Shown piece after piece: positions 57,036 to 59,402 of a stretch of 59,402 nucleotides of DNA. Source of the stretch: Acidimicrobiia bacterium (lineage in GTDB: Bacteria; Actinomycetota; Acidimicrobiia; Spongiisociales; UBA5794); NCBI GenBank assembly GCA_030066755.1, contig JASJAX010000043.1, positions 1-59,402 on the forward strand. Direction: 5' to 3'. Positions within the stretch are counted from its first letter, which is position 1, and each line of letters starts with the position of its first letter. A model generated the notes under the pieces. It did no database searches and was not told the origin of the DNA. It was given only the letters and a program-made list of their open reading frames with translations. Made by a program: the position numbers and the translations under genes.

Positions 57036-59402
57036 TCAATCTCCCGGTGTGCTGGAGTCGCTGAGAGGGTCATCGGTGGCGATACCGCGATGGGACGCCA
57101 CCTCGGCGAGGTAGGACGCGCGCTGGCCCGGATCGCCGATACGTGAAGCACGCTCGGCAACGAGAGACGCGGTTTGGTTCCGAAGGTGCTCAGCTGCGTC
57201 AGGGTCAACGGACTCGAGCACCTCGATGCAGCGCAGCAGGGTCGCGGTCGTCTCGACCGCCCCAGCGAAGAGATCGCCCGCCTCGTCAGCCAGCGCAGCT
57301 TCGACGATGTCTGCTGCGTTGCGACGTTCCCCACGCCGCAAGCGCGCAACTGCGGCGGCGACGACGGACTCGTTCGCCAGATGCTGCTCTCCCAGATCGG
57401 ATCGGATCGCTGCTGCCGCATCGAGGTGATCCACCGCCCGATCGTGTTCACCGAGTTCGAGATAGCAGAGACCGAGCCCGTGCAGATCGTACGCTTCGCC
57501 TCGCCTGCGACCGATCCTGCGGTCGATGATGAGCGCCGCTTCGCCGAACTCGATCGCACGAGCCAGATCACCCTTCGCCCGATACGTTGATCCGAGGTTG
57601 CCCTTGCTGATCGCGATTCCCCATGCATCGTCGGTCAACTCCCGGATCTCGAGCGCGGCGGAATACTGCTCGACTGCGAGATCGAAGTCCCCAACGGCCC
57701 AAGCGGTTCCGCCGACGTTGTCGAGGTGATCGCCTTCGCCCATCCGGTACCCGATGGTGCGGCTTTGCTCCGCGCCCACCTCGTGGATGTGGCGGGCCGC
57801 CGAATAGTCGCCGTAGCCGAACAGCGCCGAGCCGAGGTTGTTGAGCGCGCGGATCTCGCCGATCACATGACCGGCGCGACGGAACGCATCGGCTGCACGA
57901 CGATGACGCCGTTCGGCCTCGGCGAAGTCGCCCAGTTCCCACGCAATGCCGCCGAGGAAGTCATCAACCGTTGCTACCCCAACCGGGTCATCGGCGGCTT
58001 CGAACACCGCTGCGGCCTCTGCCGCCCGATCGGCCGCCTCGGCGGGGCGTCCCTGATAGCGCGAGGCCTGTGCCAGCAGGAAGAGGAGTGCACCGCGCAC
58101 GTGAGCGCTGGCCGCGGCATCTGATGACTCGAGCGCTGTGATGCCCAACTGCTGCGCGCCCGCATAGTCACCGATCGCCGACATCAATTCGGCTCGAAGC
58201 CTGGCTACTTCGAGGGCACGATCGGATCGCGCCTCGGTGATCTGGTCCAGTGCCTCCAGCACTGTGCTCTGGCCGTCGCGATCGCCGAGGACGCTATGGA
58301 CACCGTGGAGTGCCATGAGCGCATCGAAGCGGGTATCGAGATCCGAAGGGTCGGCGACCTCGAGGAGGCGCCGCAGAGCCCCCACCGCTTCCGCATTGGC
58401 GTACCGTTCGGCCGCCTCGCGCCCGGCTGCGAGGTAGTGGGGTACTGCAGCCGCCGGGTCTCCCGCAGCATCGAGGTGGTACGCGAGTTCGCCGGCGAAG
58501 GCCGCACCGGCGCCGAAGACCTTCTCGATCGCCGTTGCCGCAGAAGCATGGAGTCCGGCCAGCTCCGTGTGGAGTTGCATGGCATAGGCAGCTTCACGCA
58601 ACAAGGACTGACGGAACCCAACCGTGTGTTCGTCGTCGACTTCCCATATGCGAGCGTCGATCGCCGCATCGATGTGGTGATTCACGGTGGTTGGATCCCC
58701 GACGATGGAGGCGAGGACCCTGCGGTCGAACTCCCGTCCCAGCACCGAGGCAGTTTGCACGGTGCGGCGAACCGGAACCTCGAGTTCGTCGAGGCGGGCG
58801 ACGAGGAGACGCTGCATGTCCTCGGGGAGCTGGTGCTCGACCAGTTCGGCTGTGACACCGTCAGTACCAGTCTCGAGGCGAGCTTCGCTGCCGAGATAGT
58901 CGAGGAGCTGCTCAACGAAGAACGGGTTGCCGCCGGACCGATCGACGAGCAGGTCGACGAGTTCCTGCGAAGGCGCAGCGTCGAGTGCAGCGGTTGCGAG
59001 CCGGGCGATGGCGCTGCGATCCAAGGGGGAGAGGGCGATCTCATGATCCGGCACGAGTGGCGACTCGTCGGGACGCGACTCGAGGAGAATCGCAACCGGC
59101 GTTTCGGCGAGATCCACTCGTAGTCGTTCGAGCACCTCAGCAGTGCTCGGATCGAGCCACTGTGCATCGGCGATCGACACGATGACCGGTTGGCCGGCCT
59201 CGAGCGCCCCGACGAGTCCTTCGACGGCCAGCACCATGTTCTCGAACCGGGTTCGGGGATCGAGGCCGTCGTCTGAACTCGTTGTCCCGTCGAGGAGGTC
59301 CTGGAACGTCTGCCGACTCCGGGCCAGCTCGGCCTGGAAAGCCGGAGCGGCGTCTTGGAGTCGTGAGAGGTACGCCGACAGACGTTCGGCTCGCGCATCG
59401 TC
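57036..59402 (-). CDS. C-terminal part of a STAND-type ATPase-TPR protein (adenylate/guanylate-cyclase-associated type); 5' end outside the window
   Basis: Frame is open to the window edge. DAQWLD, SGGNPFFVEQ, ARLDEL, ASVLGREF, LLREAAY, then multiple TPR-like repeats. Confidence 0.85.
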   Translation of the reverse strand, partial: DDARAERLSAYLSRLQDAAPAFQAELARSRQTFQDLLDGTTSSDDGLDPRTRFENMVLAVEGLVGALEAGQPVIVSIADAQWLDPSTAEVLERLRVDLAETPVAILLESRPDESPLVPDHEIALSPLDRSAIARLATAALDAAPSQELVDLLVDRSGGNPFFVEQLLDYLGSEARLETGTDGVTAELVEHQLPEDMQRLLVARLDELEVPVRRTVQTASVLGREFDRRVLASIVGDPTTVNHHIDAAIDARIWEVDDEHTVGFRQSLLREAAYAMQLHTELAGLHASAATAIEKVFGAGAAFAGELAYHLDAAGDPAAAVPHYLAAGREAAERYANAEAVGALRRLLEVADPSDLDTRFDALMALHGVHSVLGDRDGQSTVLEALDQITEARSDRALEVARLRAELMSAIGDYAGAQQLGITALESSDAAASAHVRGALLFLLAQASRYQGRPAEAADRAAEAAAVFEAADDPVGVATVDDFLGGIAWELGDFAEAERRHRRAADAFRRAGHVIGEIRALNNLGSALFGYGDYSAARHIHEVGAEQSRTIGYRMGEGDHLDNVGGTAWAVGDFDLAVEQYSAALEIRELTDDAWGIAISKGNLGSTYRAKGDLARAIEFGEAALIIDRRIGRRRGEAYDLHGLGLCYLELGEHDRAVDHLDAAAAIRSDLGEQHLANESVVAAAVARLRRGERRNAADIVEAALADEAGDLFAGAVETTATLLRCIEVLESVDPDAAEHLRNQTASLVAERASRIGDPGQRASYLAEVASHRGIATDDPLSDSSTPGD

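Noticed and set aside
36138-59402. Intact prophage or ICE integrated at tRNA-Val(CAC)
   Set aside because: No integrase, phage or conjugation genes, and I saw no duplicated tRNA 3' end in the window.

Overview
GC-rich bacterial chromosome segment, most likely from a deep-branching actinobacterium such as Acidimicrobiia. This is inferred from gene order (rimO-cinA-thpR ... recA-rny-miaB-miaA-dapF ... lexA/LysM-nrdR, dut, tRNA Gly-Cys-Val), Gram-positive-type SOS boxes and a DivIVA gene. The left ~36 kb is mostly core genes with small insertions; after tRNA-Val(CAC) at 36138 the window is accessory (lipoproteins, membrane proteins, MFS, GH3, GH26-like, TetR operons, a truncated ATPase-TPR protein). 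Signals the ORF track misses or splits: (1) a UGSC selenoprotein read through UGA 1228-1230 with a well-placed SECIS hairpin; (2) an orphan multi-TM GAF histidine kinase divergent from an 84-aa exported peptide with two GxSWS motifs, my best candidate for an undescribed peptide-sensing system; (3) a structured ~170-nt RNA candidate between recA and rny; (4) dual LexA and PafBC-type (RecA-NDp) promoters at recA and the LysM gene; (5) heptamer-repeat mini-elements around nfuA; (6) two tandem single-TM micro-proteins with C-terminal Cys loops. No CRISPR array, rRNA, integrase or transposase was seen. All calls are by eye; no database search was run.
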